A DNA stretch of 57,542 bases, filler included, from Sphacelaria rigidula (taxonomy: Eukaryota): the NCBI GenBank assembly GCA_964200075.2. It is 8 parts of 8 records of this genome, joined end to end, with 100 filler letters (N's around TTAATTAATTAA, not from the genome) between each part and the next. Parts side by side here need not be neighbours in the genome. Positions count along the whole stretch, not along the records: positions 21,618 to 28,722 come from CAXNAA020016458.1; positions 28,823 to 35,927 come from CAXNAA020016459.1; 6 more parts are not named here. One strand, written 5' to 3'. This document shows positions 22,243-35,275 of this stretch, one piece after another. Position numbers and translations under genes: made by a program. Below the pieces are notes generated by a model. That model ran no database searches. It was given only the letters and a program-made list of their open reading frames with translations, and was not told the DNA's origin. Position 1 is the stretch's first letter, and each line of letters opens with the position of its first letter.

Positions 22243-24777
22243 TTGAAGTGGGTCTTACACCAACACAGGAAGCTTGGCATGGGGAAGTCCTCAAGTCTTT
22301 GTACCTCGCCTTGGCGTTCACACCCCTTTGAATCCCGCCGGCCGTACTTTTGGTACCTCCCCACCCTTTTGGTACCCCACCCCCCTCAAAAATATATATC
22401 AAACCGTAAGGTATAGGGCCAACAACGCATCTCTGATTATATTTCTTCACGTGGCGGTATTTTTTCCTCAAAAATTGTTGCAAAATACGAGGGGGAAAAC
22501 GAACCGAAAGAAACCGCCTCAGATCAGAGTTTTCCTTTTCCACCGCACATTTTCGATCGAAGTTCATTGTGCTAGAACACGCGACCGAAGAAGCAGCCGA
22601 AGAAACGCCCTGTGCCGCGGTGTAACAAAAACAAAAAATGACATTACGTCGACCTTCAGAGCAGTTCAGAGTGCCCGCCTGCGACCTTTCGGGAGCCCGC
22701 TGACGAACACCTGAGTATTCTTCCCTCAGAAAGGAGGAGCACCACCGAGTAATGCGACCTGCTTCGGTGTAAACTTGAGCACAACCGGTAGTGAAGAGGT
22801 GAGCTAGGTATCCTGCGGAGCTCTTTCACGCTTTGCTTCAAACGTTTATACTTGACGCCAACCGGCCAATCCAAGCATTCAAACGTAGAGTAGCTCAGAC
22901 GTACACCCGACGAGCATACCGCACGATGCCACCAGAAATTCACGGTCGGCGTGCTATTATAGTGCGCACGACACACCCAACGCCAGGGGTATAGGCCGAT
23001 GCATGAAGAGATGGTCTTCCCCCTCCCTCAGGCACACGCTTCAAACACGCGAAGCTCACGTCTATCCGCGACCGACGCACTCTACGGGCGTCACTTCTGT
23101 GGGGTTAAAGAAAGGTACAGTTCGCGTTGGGTACGTCGTGCTGTAAGTGCACACATGGCTGCCATGTCAGAAAGAGTGCACACGTGTTACGTTGCGTTTG
23201 TTGCCGTGCTCGATTTCATCTACAACAGTAGTATAAGTCTCTCATCGTAAACTGCTATCGGAGTGTACATTTTCACGATGAAAAACACTGCGATGCACAT
23301 TGTAGTGCCTCGTTGAACCTCAACACAGTCAGGGCTCACGAGAAGCTTCTCCACCGATTATACTCGTACCGAACACTTTTGTACTCTAAGAGCATATAAA
23401 GCGGGGCATGGGCATAGTTGGTACAAGCCTGTGAAAAGTAGCAGCTTTACTTCGTCGGTCCGATTTGTTTGAAAATGATAATGGCGGCGTAACCGATACC
23501 TGTTCGTTTGTGCTTCCTTTTCCTCCACGCTGCAGAGTACCTACACGGCACGACACGAATGAGATGCTTGCTCTGGGCCTAAGCTTACCTGCTGTGTCAT
23601 TGATTCGCTCGGCGATTTTCTATTGTCCTTGCACCATGGCTGCAAAGGTTGCGCGGGAGTTATAACGTTGGCTTGGATGCGGCTACTACTACACTCAGTC
23701 CAACGTTGCACTGGCCGTGGTGCAACGGTGCCGTGCAGTCAGGTGCAGCGTGTATCATTTGTCGTTTATACAGAAGGCTGAAGGTTGTCCACTTATTATA
23801 CCGTTGTCATGTTTCATGAGCACGTGTACAGTAATGGTTGGTCTAACCATTCATTTTGTGACATTTTGCGATTTTTTCGTTATTGGCGATTTTCTTGGGC
23901 TTTATCCGCATGCCGCCCCTCATCACATCGGGGATCTGAAGACATTGGTATCCGCTCCACATCCCAAGAAAAAAAAATCATATGTACTTAATATTGAGAG
24001 ACTTACGGGCTGACCGGTCGTCGAGGGTCCTGCCACGTTTCAGTCCAGGTCTTTACTTTTCTGTATTTTCGGTCGATCGAGCCCGCCCCGATCATACTTT
24101 CAAAGAATTGTACAGTTTTATTTTTTTGAAATTCTGCCTACTCAGTGCACTGGGGCCGAGAAGCTGTGTTCACGGTCAATAACACCCTCCTGATGAACGG
24201 GGTATTTACTCGTTTCGCCCGATAACACCAACTAACACTTACTTGGGCACTGTGTTTCGAAGATGATCTGCTTTTTTGTACCAATATCTACCGACGCTAG
24301 CAATTTCGAGTTCTATCGAAGAGTAGTACGCGAGGAAAACCCCAAAACATCCCTTTAAAGTTGTACCGCCCACGACTGTACTGTTTTTTGAGACCTCATT
24401 CTTGCTCATCTAACGGGTTTCAGTGTCGTATTCACTCAAGAATCCGAGTAATCCCCGAATGCCTGCGTAGCCATGGATTCTTGGATGACTGCGACTACGC
24501 ACAGCGTGCAAAGGGTAATGACAACATATCACACGTTGAACAGCACATGAACTGCCTGAAATGACTTATAGAAGGTGACTCTATGATCCGTTGTCCATAC
24601 ACACTAAATACGTGAGCGCATGGTTGGAGAACAAGCGGAAGCGCTACTGTTATGCCCATGAAAGACGGCCTTGCGGACCAAAAACCCGTTGTCAACAGAA
24701 AATAAGATGGACGCGGAGGGATATTGAAGACGTATGGAAGACGTCATAGACTGGTCGGACCTGTGCCGAACCTGTGC

Positions 24778-25315
24778 TAGGCTTTTGCTTTTGATGCGCA
24801 TTTTTTTTAAAGCGCATATTCCCATTTTTATGTTCAAAAGTGAACATGATGCGCCGATTTATGCGTATTTTGATGAAATGTGCGCGACTTATGCGTCTTT
24901 TTCGCGTACTTCTTGAGGCGGTTCCTAGCGGGTTCCTGGCGGCACCGCCCATGGAACGTACCTTCCAGCAAAAAAAACAGACGGCACGTTGAACATTTCG
25001 AGATTTCATTTTTTTCATCAGTTTCACAACAAACATGCTCACATACAGCACCATAACCGACATCAGACCCGCAACAAAGGTGAAAAAAAAATACGAACAC
25101 AAACGCCACGACTCCACGAACCACGCCACATGGGGCACCCGTTGGCAGCTACTACAGTAGCTGATGGACGTAGGGTGCATAATCCCGGTGGAGTACTGTG
25201 TGCGCCAAGTTATGCGTAAAACTTGCCGTTTATGCCTTCGTTATCCTGAAATCTCCAAATACATATATTCATAAGAAAACGCATGTGCTTATGCGCGCAT
25301 AAAAGCAAAAGCCTA
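24778..25315. mobile_element. hAT-type MITE
   Basis: TIR TAGGCTTTTGCTTTT / AAAAGCAAAAGCCTA. 8-bp TSD ACCTGTGC/GCCTGTGC. TTATGCG-type subterminal repeats. Absent from the family B copy at ~43750. Confidence 0.85.
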
Positions 25316-25412
25316 GCCTGTGCCGAACCTCTGCCGAACAGAAGACACGCTCCATCCCAACTTATCTGGGTTCATCGATTTTTTTTCGAGACAGGAAGCA
25401 AACCGGCCTGTG

Positions 25413-25794
25413 CACACGCGGCCATTCGGCTACCCTAAAAAAACTCTGTTCCGGTCAACTTTTCGAGTCTCCAGAGGAAATGAATTCCTCCAGAGGGTGC
25501 GCGGCCCTCCATAGGGGTGGATCCAAACGCCTTCAGAGGCTTGTTTTGCCTCTGGAGGACCGCGCACCCCTCCTGAGGAACTTGGAGGATGCGCGGCCCT
25601 CCAGAGCACCATCTCTTTTGTTACTCTCGAGGGATTCAGACCTCAGAAGTCACTGGAGCTTCAGTTGCCCTCCAGAGGATTCGTTTATGACCGGACCTGG
25701 GATGAAATACCCTCGAGAGGGCATTTTACCCTCGAGAGGATAAAAATCGCGATAGAGGATTTGTTTTGTGGGGGTAGCCGAATGGCCGCGTGCG
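25413..25794. mobile_element. CACTA/CMC-like MITE
   Basis: Perfect 21-bp IR CACGCGGCCATTCGGCTACCC. 2-bp TG duplication. Many CCTC(C/G)AGAGG subterminal repeats. The empty site is seen in the family B copy at ~43630. The superfamily is inferred. Confidence 0.8.
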
Positions 25795-26689
25795 TGACAC
25801 TTCACAGCCCCCTGCACACACACTAGATGTGTTCAGTGTGTCCGCGTATTTTCTCAATTCGCCACAGCGGATCCGAAAAGCCCCAGAACGTTGAAGAAGA
25901 CGCGTTTTTCAGTACATTTTGGCGGTTTGCAAAGTGCTGCGGGCTCCGCGGCACGCGTTACAAAAATCCGCCGCAACACTGAATAGTTCCGGTGTATGGG
26001 AAGCGCACGCATCAAACCGCAGTCCAATCCGCTGCTTCGTTGCCGAGAAATCTGCGTTGAAAGATAAGCACAACAACAGACTGCAACGAGAGGCACAACA
26101 ATAACACCAGCAGCAGCTTCTATTCTCCTGTTGTTGTAACCCTGTGTACAGGTGAATGTACTACGAGCTGGGTGAGCTGACAATGATTTTTGAACGAAGA
26201 GTGGAGATGTCATTGGTAATTCGAAAAGTTAGGCGCTGAAATTTGACACAAAATTTGTATCATCAACCCGCGCAACCTTATTGGGGGTGCAGGGGAAAAA
26301 AAAAACAGGAAGTTAGAGCGAGTTGAAGTTTCAGCAAAAAAAGGAAAAATGCTATACCTTCCTTACAAATGGATGAAAACGACGACAACGCTCCAACACA
26401 TACGGGCACTCGCGTCAACGACAATCTGGTATGTTTCAGGCAAAATTACCTGAAGTTGGGCGCGGCATCGCAGTTTCCGTGTGACACGGCCGCGCCGCGC
26501 CCCTTTAGTCCAAGTGATACAGGTTTCAAGTATGGAGGACATGAGTTCGAATCCCGACACATTCTCTTTTTTTTTGTCGTCCGTCGTTAAGGTCATTTAT
26601 GATGCAGTACATTTTGTTTTGATTTTTTCCCTCTATTCAGCGGCGGTGCCGTGTGTTACCAGGTTGGTCTGCACTTCACTTTACAGCGA

Positions 26690-27474
26690 TATGCTCAAGT
26701 CAGGCTGATTTGAAGAACTTGAGAAGTTGTGGTGTGGAAAGCAAATGCGGGATCTACAGCTGGTCCAGCTCGTATGGCAATGGTACATTTTGTACGAGCG
26801 CCGTCGTCATTTCGAGTGACGCATGTACTTATGATTGATACTGATTGGCTCATTTAGGTTTCATTTCTCCCGCATTCAACTGACCATGTAGTCGGTCGGT
26901 CCATTTTCCCGGGTATATAATGCCCAAATTCGGGCCCTCTTCACGCGCATAACTGTACCTCTGCGCTACTCCACGTGCTCGGCGCTCAGCGCTGTGGGGA
27001 CCAAACATCGGGGGGAAAGGGGCCAGATGAGCTAGGTCATGATCCGGGTCAGTGTACCAATAAGAGACGATATTCAGGTAGCTCATGAACTGCCCGACTT
27101 GTGCAACATACATGATGAAATGTACGAAGTATACTGCTACGTTGGCGTGATACTCTTTTTTTTTTTCATCATGTACAGTTTTTCGCTCCCTCTGCTTCGA
27201 AAAGCCGCCCAAATAATACCTGCAGTCAGTCGGGTGTCGTAAAAAACATCGACGCGTACCTTTTCCTCGGGCTGTAGACTGGGCCAGCTAGTACCGTCGA
27301 TCAACCTGGAACTGAAGTCAAACCTTACCTGGCGACGAAGGCTGTCCAGTAAGTATGGAGGTTGCCGCCACCGGCTATATTTTACACCGATTTTGGTGTA
27401 GGATAGCTCCACCCTATTCCGGGCCACGTGGGTATCCGACTTCAATGCATCAGGGAACTCATCAAGAGCCCATA
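26690..27474 (-). pseudogene. Possible spliced gene remnant of unknown family (exons ~27474-27260 and 27089 to ~26690)
   Basis: AAG|GTACGC donor and GGGCAG| acceptor join in phase 0 (..SWPSLQPEEK|FMSYLNIVSYWYTDP..). The frame continues past 26850 with scattered in-frame stops. No recognisable family. Confidence 0.3.
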
Positions 27475-29384
27475 CTTTGACAGATGATGGCACATAAAGG
27501 TGTGTAAAACAACCTTGGAATCGGCTTCAGGCGGGGCATGCATGGTAGCACAGGGGCAAGGAGTAGCCGTCCCCCGTGGGTGCTTTCTACCGCGATCTCA
27601 GGGGGTGGTATCCACCGTTTTGACCTATATCACGCGATTGGCAATATATTTACACGGCATGGACGTTTTCTTGAGATGATCGAAACATGGAAAAATGCAA
27701 TACAACAAACATTTCCTTGCCTGGAAATTCAACACAAGCATCCCCTTTCCAAATCAATCGTCACCCGGGTGTTTTGGTCTGTTGCATCATAATGGCGATG
27801 CACCCAAACACACGATCACGTCAATAGAGCGTGCTAACGATACAGTATTCATCCCCATCCCCCATTTTTCCTAACCGGAGATGAAATCGCTATATCCCCC
27901 CTCCAGACACGATGGGGGTGGTTTTTACCGTTTTCGGTAGTTACACGGGCATTCACACACGAATAACGATGCCCCCGAACACACAGGCGACGTCGTAAGA
28001 TCGTTTGCAACACATACTATTCCCTCATGACCCCGATCTGCCTCCATCCCTTTTCCCGGGGATGGCATTAATGCATCCCCTCCCTGAACGATCTCAGCGA
28101 ACAGGGAGGTATGTTATCCGACGTTTGAGCTATTTGCGATCAGACAACAGCAGTGAATCTGGACTCGTAACCGGTACCAACAGAAGGTATACAATCTACC
28201 ATGACTTGTGTTGATGATGCATGACACTTCTCGTGAGAGGATTACAGGCACCACGGCGGGGTAGATTTTTGAAGGAACAACAAGCCGAATACCGCGTTTT
28301 TCCTTGCCTCCAGGTGTTGGCCCTCCTCACCAACCGAGGAAGCCCTTGAGCCTGGCGGCTTCTTCACTCGCCGTGAATGTTTTCCCAGTTAGTCGGCGCC
28401 GATTAAGTCGAAAAATCCGTAAACTGTCAAATATTCAGTTGACTGGACGCTGGCGCGACCAGTCTAAACTCAACTGACCAGAGCCGCCAGTTCACAGCCC
28501 GACATTTTTCATGTTCGCCGCTTCAGGGGGAGAGAGGCGTACTCATTTTATTGCTTGCCTGTGTCGTTTGTCCATATGACTACGCACCCCTTTCGAGACG
28601 GAGCATCGTCTCGGGGGTGTACTCATGGTAATGCATGCCATAGTCATCAGACCATTGACCTCGCATCCCTACGAAGCCGGGACGGAGCACGCCGATTTTT
28701 CGCCGGACGAAGCTCGCACTCANNNNNNNNNNNNNNNNNNNNNNNNNNNNNNNNNNNNNNNNNNNNTTAATTAATTAANNNNNNNNNNNNNNNNNNNNNN
28801 NNNNNNNNNNNNNNNNNNNNNNGCAATAGTTGCGTGGGACACCACGTGGCCAGTGGTCATCTTTTTCCGCCCTGTCGGGCAATCAGGCAGGAGAAATCGT
28901 GAATTTGGTGATTTTGAGTCGTGATGATTTGTCCTAACCGTGAATCCTTTCCTGTGCTACCGAACATGGTCTATGGGGTGTAAATAGACTCCAACCCCCG
29001 GGCGGAAGAGTAAGAGAGCCACTCTTGTAGTCGTGCCTTTCCGACTCCTGAATCTCTCGTCGTTCAAATGCCCCCCTGCCTTTCATTGCCTCTTATGCAA
29101 CTCGATGCTTCGACAATATCGACTTGACATCAAGAACACGTAGAGGTATAGCATATTAAAACGAAGGAGAAGTAGTTTCACGTTGGTCGTTCACCCATCA
29201 GTTCTTTATTCTTCTTTGCAAAAGCACCCAATCACGGAAAATGGAATGTACTGCTCTCAGTGAGGTCTTGCTTTGTGTCCAAGACATGTGGTGGAGTTGC
29301 CTTATGCTTTGAGATCAAAGACGCTGTCTGATGTTCCGTCACACAAAACCTAAACAAAAGAAGCGATAAATGGGCGTGTTGCTA

Positions 29385-29636
29385 ACGGGTGCTGCTCCAC
29401 CGCAGCGTGGTAATGCACGTCATACTCATCACACGGTCATTCCGAGCACCATGTGCGCAAAGTTCAGGACACAGTAAGCACACAGATGGGCGCATCATGC
29501 TCGACGGGGCTTTGCGCCACGGGATCAAAGCCCTGCAGCACAATCGAAAGCAAACGTGCCGCCAAAAAATGGCCAAATCCGTTGTGTCAGCGAGAAATGA
29601 GCGTGTCTCTGGAGAGTGCTGTTTCATCGTGGCGTG
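29385..29636 (+). repeat. Diverged repeat; inverted copy at ~31262-31515
   Basis: Shared blocks CAGGACAC.GT.AGCA, GGGGCTTTG.G.CAC, AAAAAATGG.CAAATCC.TTGTGTC and AGCGTGTCTCTGG.GAGTGCTGTT.CATCGT. Confidence 0.85.
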
Positions 29637-30017
29637 TTTTTTTGTGCACAATCCCTGCCGCGCCCCAGTGGTGTTGTCGTCCCTTCTATTCTGGACGCCG
29701 GTCTACACCTTTTGGTATATGTGGGCGCATCAGCCGGGGTCACACAGGAGGAAGGTCAACACAGAAGCTTCTTTTTCATTTGTTTTTCAGTACACCGCCT
29801 TCCTTCTGCGGTGCTTGCCCTTCTTTTTTATCGCGAGAGGGGTTCAGCAGTCCCTTTCCCTCGTCGACGGTCAAGTCGAATTTTGTGTACCCGCGACATA
29901 GCCGCTCTCCACTGCTGGGCATGGTGTGAGAAAAAATCCCAGATCGCTCCGAGAATTGAACCCACGACTCATCCCATCAGAAGATTTCGAGGTTACCGAT
30001 TGAGCCACCGGGCGACC
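29637..30017 (-). mobile_element. tRNA-derived SINE
   Basis: The minus-strand head GGTCGCCCGGTGGCTCAATCGG (A box)...GGGTTCAATTCT (B box) is followed by a ~300-bp body and a short A tail. No intact cloverleaf. Confidence 0.75.
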
Positions 30018-30018
30018 A

Positions 30019-30314
30019 GGGAAGTGGTGTAATGGTCAGACTGTCACCATTAGGGTGGAGAGAGCGTTAGTTCGATTCCTACCAGGTGCGGTCGGTTGTG
30101 TCAACGAAAGTATCTGCTATCCAAGTACCGTGAAAAAGACTTTACTGAGTTCATTTGACGAGAGTTGACACGGTGCGGGAGTGCTGACCCAATCCGCAAG
30201 ACCGAAATGCAAGGTGTGCAGCGGGGAGATATGATTTGATTCCCTTGACACCACGGACTCGTCCTGAGGAAGAGCAGGGGTTTAAAGCGCGACAGAAAAA
30301 AGAAAAAAAAAAAA
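30019..30314 (+). mobile_element. Second tRNA-derived SINE (different family)
   Basis: A box TGGTGTAATGG, B box GTTCGATTCC, ~210-bp body and a poly(A) tail at 30296-30314. Confidence 0.7.
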
Positions 30315-33300
30315 GCTGAACACACTGTGGTGCTGTAGATAAGTACGGAAGGCAGAGCGCAGTGAATACACAGATACACGCATGTGTATAATGCTCGACA
30401 TGACCGTGTGTCACGAAGACACGCTACCGTCAACCCGACGCCTTGAACTTTGGGCAGATGGTGTGCACTTCAAAAGGAAATGATTTGGCGCTTCCACTGA
30501 GTTCTACTAGAATCTTCAAAGCAACTAAAACGGCCTCTTGAGTGCTTCACCGCACGGCACCCTACCCGCGGCTGGTCATGCCTCGCTTCGTAATTACTCG
30601 ATTGGCGGGCGTACAGCGCTGACGCAAAAGCCACACGAAAAGTCTGCAGACCGTACCTAACCATTTCTCTCGGTATGCACGTGGTCGGGAGATTGGAGGA
30701 TGACACCAAACCTACATGGTATTGACTCACAAACCCCTGTCCTGTACACTTGGTACAGAAATGGGAGCACAGTACGGCGTTTTCAGGTCGACATTTTACG
30801 GGGTAAGGTTGGTGGTAGTGTGGTCTCCTCGCGACTTGCACAGCCGCTACGGAGGCGATCAAAAATTTTGGTCGTATGTTCATGGTTGATTTTTTCGAAT
30901 AAACCAACAAAACTAACCATGACCCGAGGCGTGCGAGACTCTCGGGCAAGGGGGGTGCATAGGTTCGTTCCCTAGGCGAAGTGCGCGTTGGCAGACCTGA
31001 AATTGACGCCGCAGGCGCCGATTACGACAAAAGCACGTTCTGAGCGAGCTCGGTCCACTGCTCACCTGCCCCAAACTATATATTTTCTCAGAACTTTCTC
31101 GAGTCTAAAATCAAGCAGCCATGTTGTCAACCATGAATATACGACCAACGCTTTCGGTCCACCACCATTCAGAGCATCATGCAAGTATCTATCGGTGTGG
31201 TCACCGTGTCCTGGCCTTTCCGCGCACACATCTTCAGCACGGCCGTGTGTTCAGATTTGCGAACGCTACGATGTAACAGCACTCGCCAGAGACACGCTTA
31301 TTCCTCCGACACAAGGGATTTGACCATTTTTTAGCGGCCCCTTTTTTATTCCGAGCGTGCTGCGATGCTGCGATCGGGTGACACAAAGCCCCGCCGACCA
31401 TGACACGCCCATCCATTTGCTCACCGTGTCCTGGGCTTTCCTCACACAAAATCTTCAGGACGCGCCGTGCGTTGACTACGGCATGCATCATCACGCTGCA
31501 ATAAAACAGCGCCCGCCAGGAGCACCCCGAGTTCTCGCCAACATATGGGATTTGGCCGTTTTTCTACGCTTTAGTTTGTGTGCGCATTTGCCGAAATGTT
31601 TCAATCTCGTGACGCCGCCCACCTCGACCGAAATGATCTTTGTTGCGACGTGCAGACAGTAATAGGAACACGACTACGTCATCTCTGCTGTGTTACGATG
31701 TCTGTGTGGCGAGAGCGTGTGTCCGGAAAATGGATAACGCTGTGCGACTGGGTTTGGATCATTGCCCATGATGGGTCTTTAAAGTTGACATCTGCGGCCA
31801 GGAATCGGTTGGCAGGTGACGCGCCGCCTAATATCCGGAGTTCGGCGCTGAAATTTTCGACGCGATATTTCCACGATCAATATCAGCGAGGCCAGCCCAG
31901 AAGCGGATCTGTAGGTTGCAGGCTCATTCTCATCACAGTTTTGAAAGTTGGACTTTCACATTTGGTATGGAGAATGAATAGGGTATAATGGAAGAAATAC
32001 CTTGGGACGCTTCTCATGAGTTGAGGGCATTATTAAGATCCCAATTTCCTGTATGGTCCCGAGTTGTAGAGGAGGGGGCAAACACGTACATGGCAGCCTG
32101 GTCGAAACCACGCCACGCTAAGGAACGTTTTGCTGTGCTTCTACTAGAGTTTCCCCCGTGCCTACCGAGGACCTTAACAAAATAACCAACAGTCCATCGG
32201 GTAGTACACTCACTAGTACATCTGCGGTCTCTGCGAGCAGCTGTGGTGGTGGTCTAAGAGGGTGCCTAGGTTGTTCTTTGAGTTGCTCCCCGCCCGGTGG
32301 CCTTGCGAATCCTTGTGTCACCTGTCTTTTCTGTTCTTGTCTTTTCTTTTCTTCCCCTTTTATGTCGGTGTGCTTTTCCTGGCAGATCTGAAGGGTTTTT
32401 TTTTTCACCCCGTTGAACTCGAGGAAGCTACTTCTCATGATTTTTTAGGCGTCTCTCGTGTTATTTTCATTTTAGTTAACTGCGTTTGTTCTTGTAACTA
32501 GTATGGAGTCTAAAATAATGATGGAGGATTTCATGTCTTGTAAGGAATAGCAGGGACGGTATTGGAAAGACGAGCCTGCGTCTGTGACCACGAGTTCGAG
32601 AGATCGGACTGATGCGCGGAAGAAAAAAAAAAAAAATTAATGACAATTTCAGTAAAATATCCATAAATCATGATGAAAAACTAAGAAAATCCTGAGGTTC
32701 CCACGTATTTTTTTAGTATACCCTGTTCTTTCATTTTCTATACCGAATTCGAAAATCCAACTCTCCAAGTTGAGTTGAGAATGTGTGATTTAGAACCCAT
32801 GCTGGTCAAAATTCGAACAGATATATTGCAGGCTATTTATTCACCAGCCCAATGTTGGTACTTGCGCTTCGAAATTGGGTGTGGAAAATCGCCCGGTCAT
32901 GGTGAAAAAGAGACGCGTTAATTTCTTCAATTTTTTTTCCGTGTGCCAAGGACGATTTTCTACGCGATTTGGCTTCACTGGAGCCTAGAACCTGAGTGGT
33001 TTTTGACCAACCTAAGAGGCACTCGTGCGGGAGACAACGTCTAGTATGACGCCCAAACTAAATGCTTTCAACTCAAGGAAAAAGCGGAAATAGAAAATAA
33101 TAAATGTGCCACAAATGTCGCGATGCTCGTCAACTCCAGCATGGTGGTGAGCCTTACACATGATTTATTGCAATTAGAGTGTATGGTGTGTCTTTAGTAG
33201 CCCTTGACGGCACAAGGCGTGAGCATCCTTCATTATTGATCATAGGACATCCTCTCACACAAAAAACAGAACGAAAGACACAGCAGCCCCGAACATGCAT

Positions 33301-34275
33301 CAACACCGCATCTGTTGACGCAGCAGGCCCCGCGATACCACCACCACCGGGGTCTGCTGCCGGCGGACTGCCAGACGCAAAAAAAACTTGCATCGTTCTA
33401 ATAGTCTCCTGCTGTGTGCTGGGTGTGCTTTGTTTGGTGTGTGTTCTCTCCTTCGAGGCGGCCTGACGACGTAATTTGGATGGGTTTCCGCTGTTTTTTT
33501 AGGCGTATTGTGGGACGTACGAAAGTTGTGCATGTACTGGCGGTACTGGCTACCAGTTTGCCAGTTCTTAGGAAGTGACCAATTCCCGAGAACTGGCAGT
33601 ACGTACTGGTTCAGTACCCAACCCTACCCTCCGGGGTTTCATATAGACTTGAGTATAAACCTATCTCCATACGGTATAGGAATCACTCGACAACGATAAA
33701 AGAAAAGTAGATCGGCATATTCCCTTCGCAGGATTAGTTATGACATGCGGCTCACGGTTCAATTCGTCAGTGTCGATGAGATATGACTGTGAGAGCTCAA
33801 AACCGGTTCTAGGGTGGTCCAGCTGGTACACGGGAATTTCGCAAGACTCGCTCGACTTGGAAAGGAAAGAGCAATAATGGAAGCAACAAAGGTACTGTGA
33901 TACGCACAAGATCGATACAGTTATCATGGCGCCAAGGCTTCCTACACCTCGTACAGCACAGGACCACGGGGTGAAAGAAACACGTTCTCATGCAACCCCT
34001 CTCGCGAATTCGAACTCTCTCGCGATCCAACCTCCTCCTTCCTGCCGTACACAGCACAAAGCTTGAACGCTACTCTATGCAGCAAAGGTATGACAAAATG
34101 CCCCCCGTAAATGCTCACCTTCGGACAACAAATAAAAGGGCCAGATTACGTGAGTACCGTGTGGTGACAACCCCCTAGTCAACCAGAAAACAGGTGTTAA
34201 AAAACCCTCCACAACCCTTCCACCCTCCGAGCCCCCTTTCCCAGCGAAAACAAGCAGCAAAAAACGTGTTTTCAC

Positions 34276-34615
34276 CTGAGATGCTCGGATCTGGCTGCAC
34301 AATCTCCTCGGTATTTTCGGGTGGCTTGGTTGCAAATACTAGCTGCGCAGACAGATTCCTTTCTCGCCTTTGCCTGTTCCAGTACGCCTGACGCCCAGAG
34401 TCACTTCCCACCGCACTGCTACCACTCATTCCCAGACCCCCGCCCTGGCCGCCCACCCCGCAGCGGTTTCCTTCTCCCGAGCTGCCGCTGCGCCCGGCCG
34501 AGTCATCGCCTGGGCGGCCCCCGCTCGAATTTCCGGTGCTAAAGGGCACCGATTGGTGCATGTCCTGCATCCCGCCTGCCCAAGCTGGCGTAAGGGTTAA
34601 CGCGTCGAGGGATTG
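34276..34615 (-). CDS. Putative internal exon, Gly/Ser-rich, unknown protein
   Basis: Long polypyrimidine tract plus CCACCAG acceptor, an open GC-rich frame (QSLDAL..RQAYWNRQRRERNLSAQ..PDPSIS) and a CAG|GTGAAA donor. Confidence 0.35.
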
Positions 34616-34955
34616 CTGGTGGTGGGCAAAAGAGAAAAAGAAAAAGAAAAGAGGCAAGGATAGGGAGGAGGGATGTGGCACATGGTAGGGCGGGAGCGGA
34701 GGCTGACGATGGCGTAGGGGTGCGTTTCGATTCTTGAGTAAAAGGGGGAGTACTCATGATCTTGCATGCCGTGGCCATATGAACATTCACTTCGCATTCC
34801 TACGAAGTCGGGACGGAGCACGTCGGGTTTTCACGGGGGGGGGGGGGGGGGGGGAGAATGAATTTCTAGTGCTTCGCTAATAGTTACGGGAAAATAAAAA
34901 AAAAAATGTAGTTCTCGAGCAATCAGTCGTTGGNNNNNNNNNNGTCCGTCGGGTG

Positions 34956-35016
<61 letters not shown>

Positions 35017-35275
35017 CCAGTGATTTTTAGAACGTGCTTCAACTTGTACAGTAAAATAAAAATAAAAACGGCTTGCTCAAGTCAACTAGTCTTGAAATCA
35101 AACCACACAATAAGAACAGTACATGCACTGCACTCCAATACTGCATAAACAAGTCGACCACGACTGCAGATGTTTTCACTGCTCCTGTACTTGAAATCCT
35201 GTGGAACACGCAATGTTCCACAAGACTACAACACTGTACAAAGCCCCAACTTTTCCCGATATAGGAGCACATTTG

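Larger units (their letters stand above)
24645..25975 (-). repeat. Interspersed repeat family B, copy 1, carrying two MITE insertions
   Basis: After removing 24778-25315 and 25413-25794, the sequence is the reverse complement of 43443-43895 (AGGTTCRGCAC tandem units, TAAGTTGGGAT.GAGCGTGT, GGGGGCTGTGAAGTGTCA). Confidence 0.85.

Noticed and set aside
29940-30090. Functional tRNA genes
   Set aside because: A/B boxes are present, but there are no proper acceptor/anticodon stems, and each head continues into a SINE body with an A tail.
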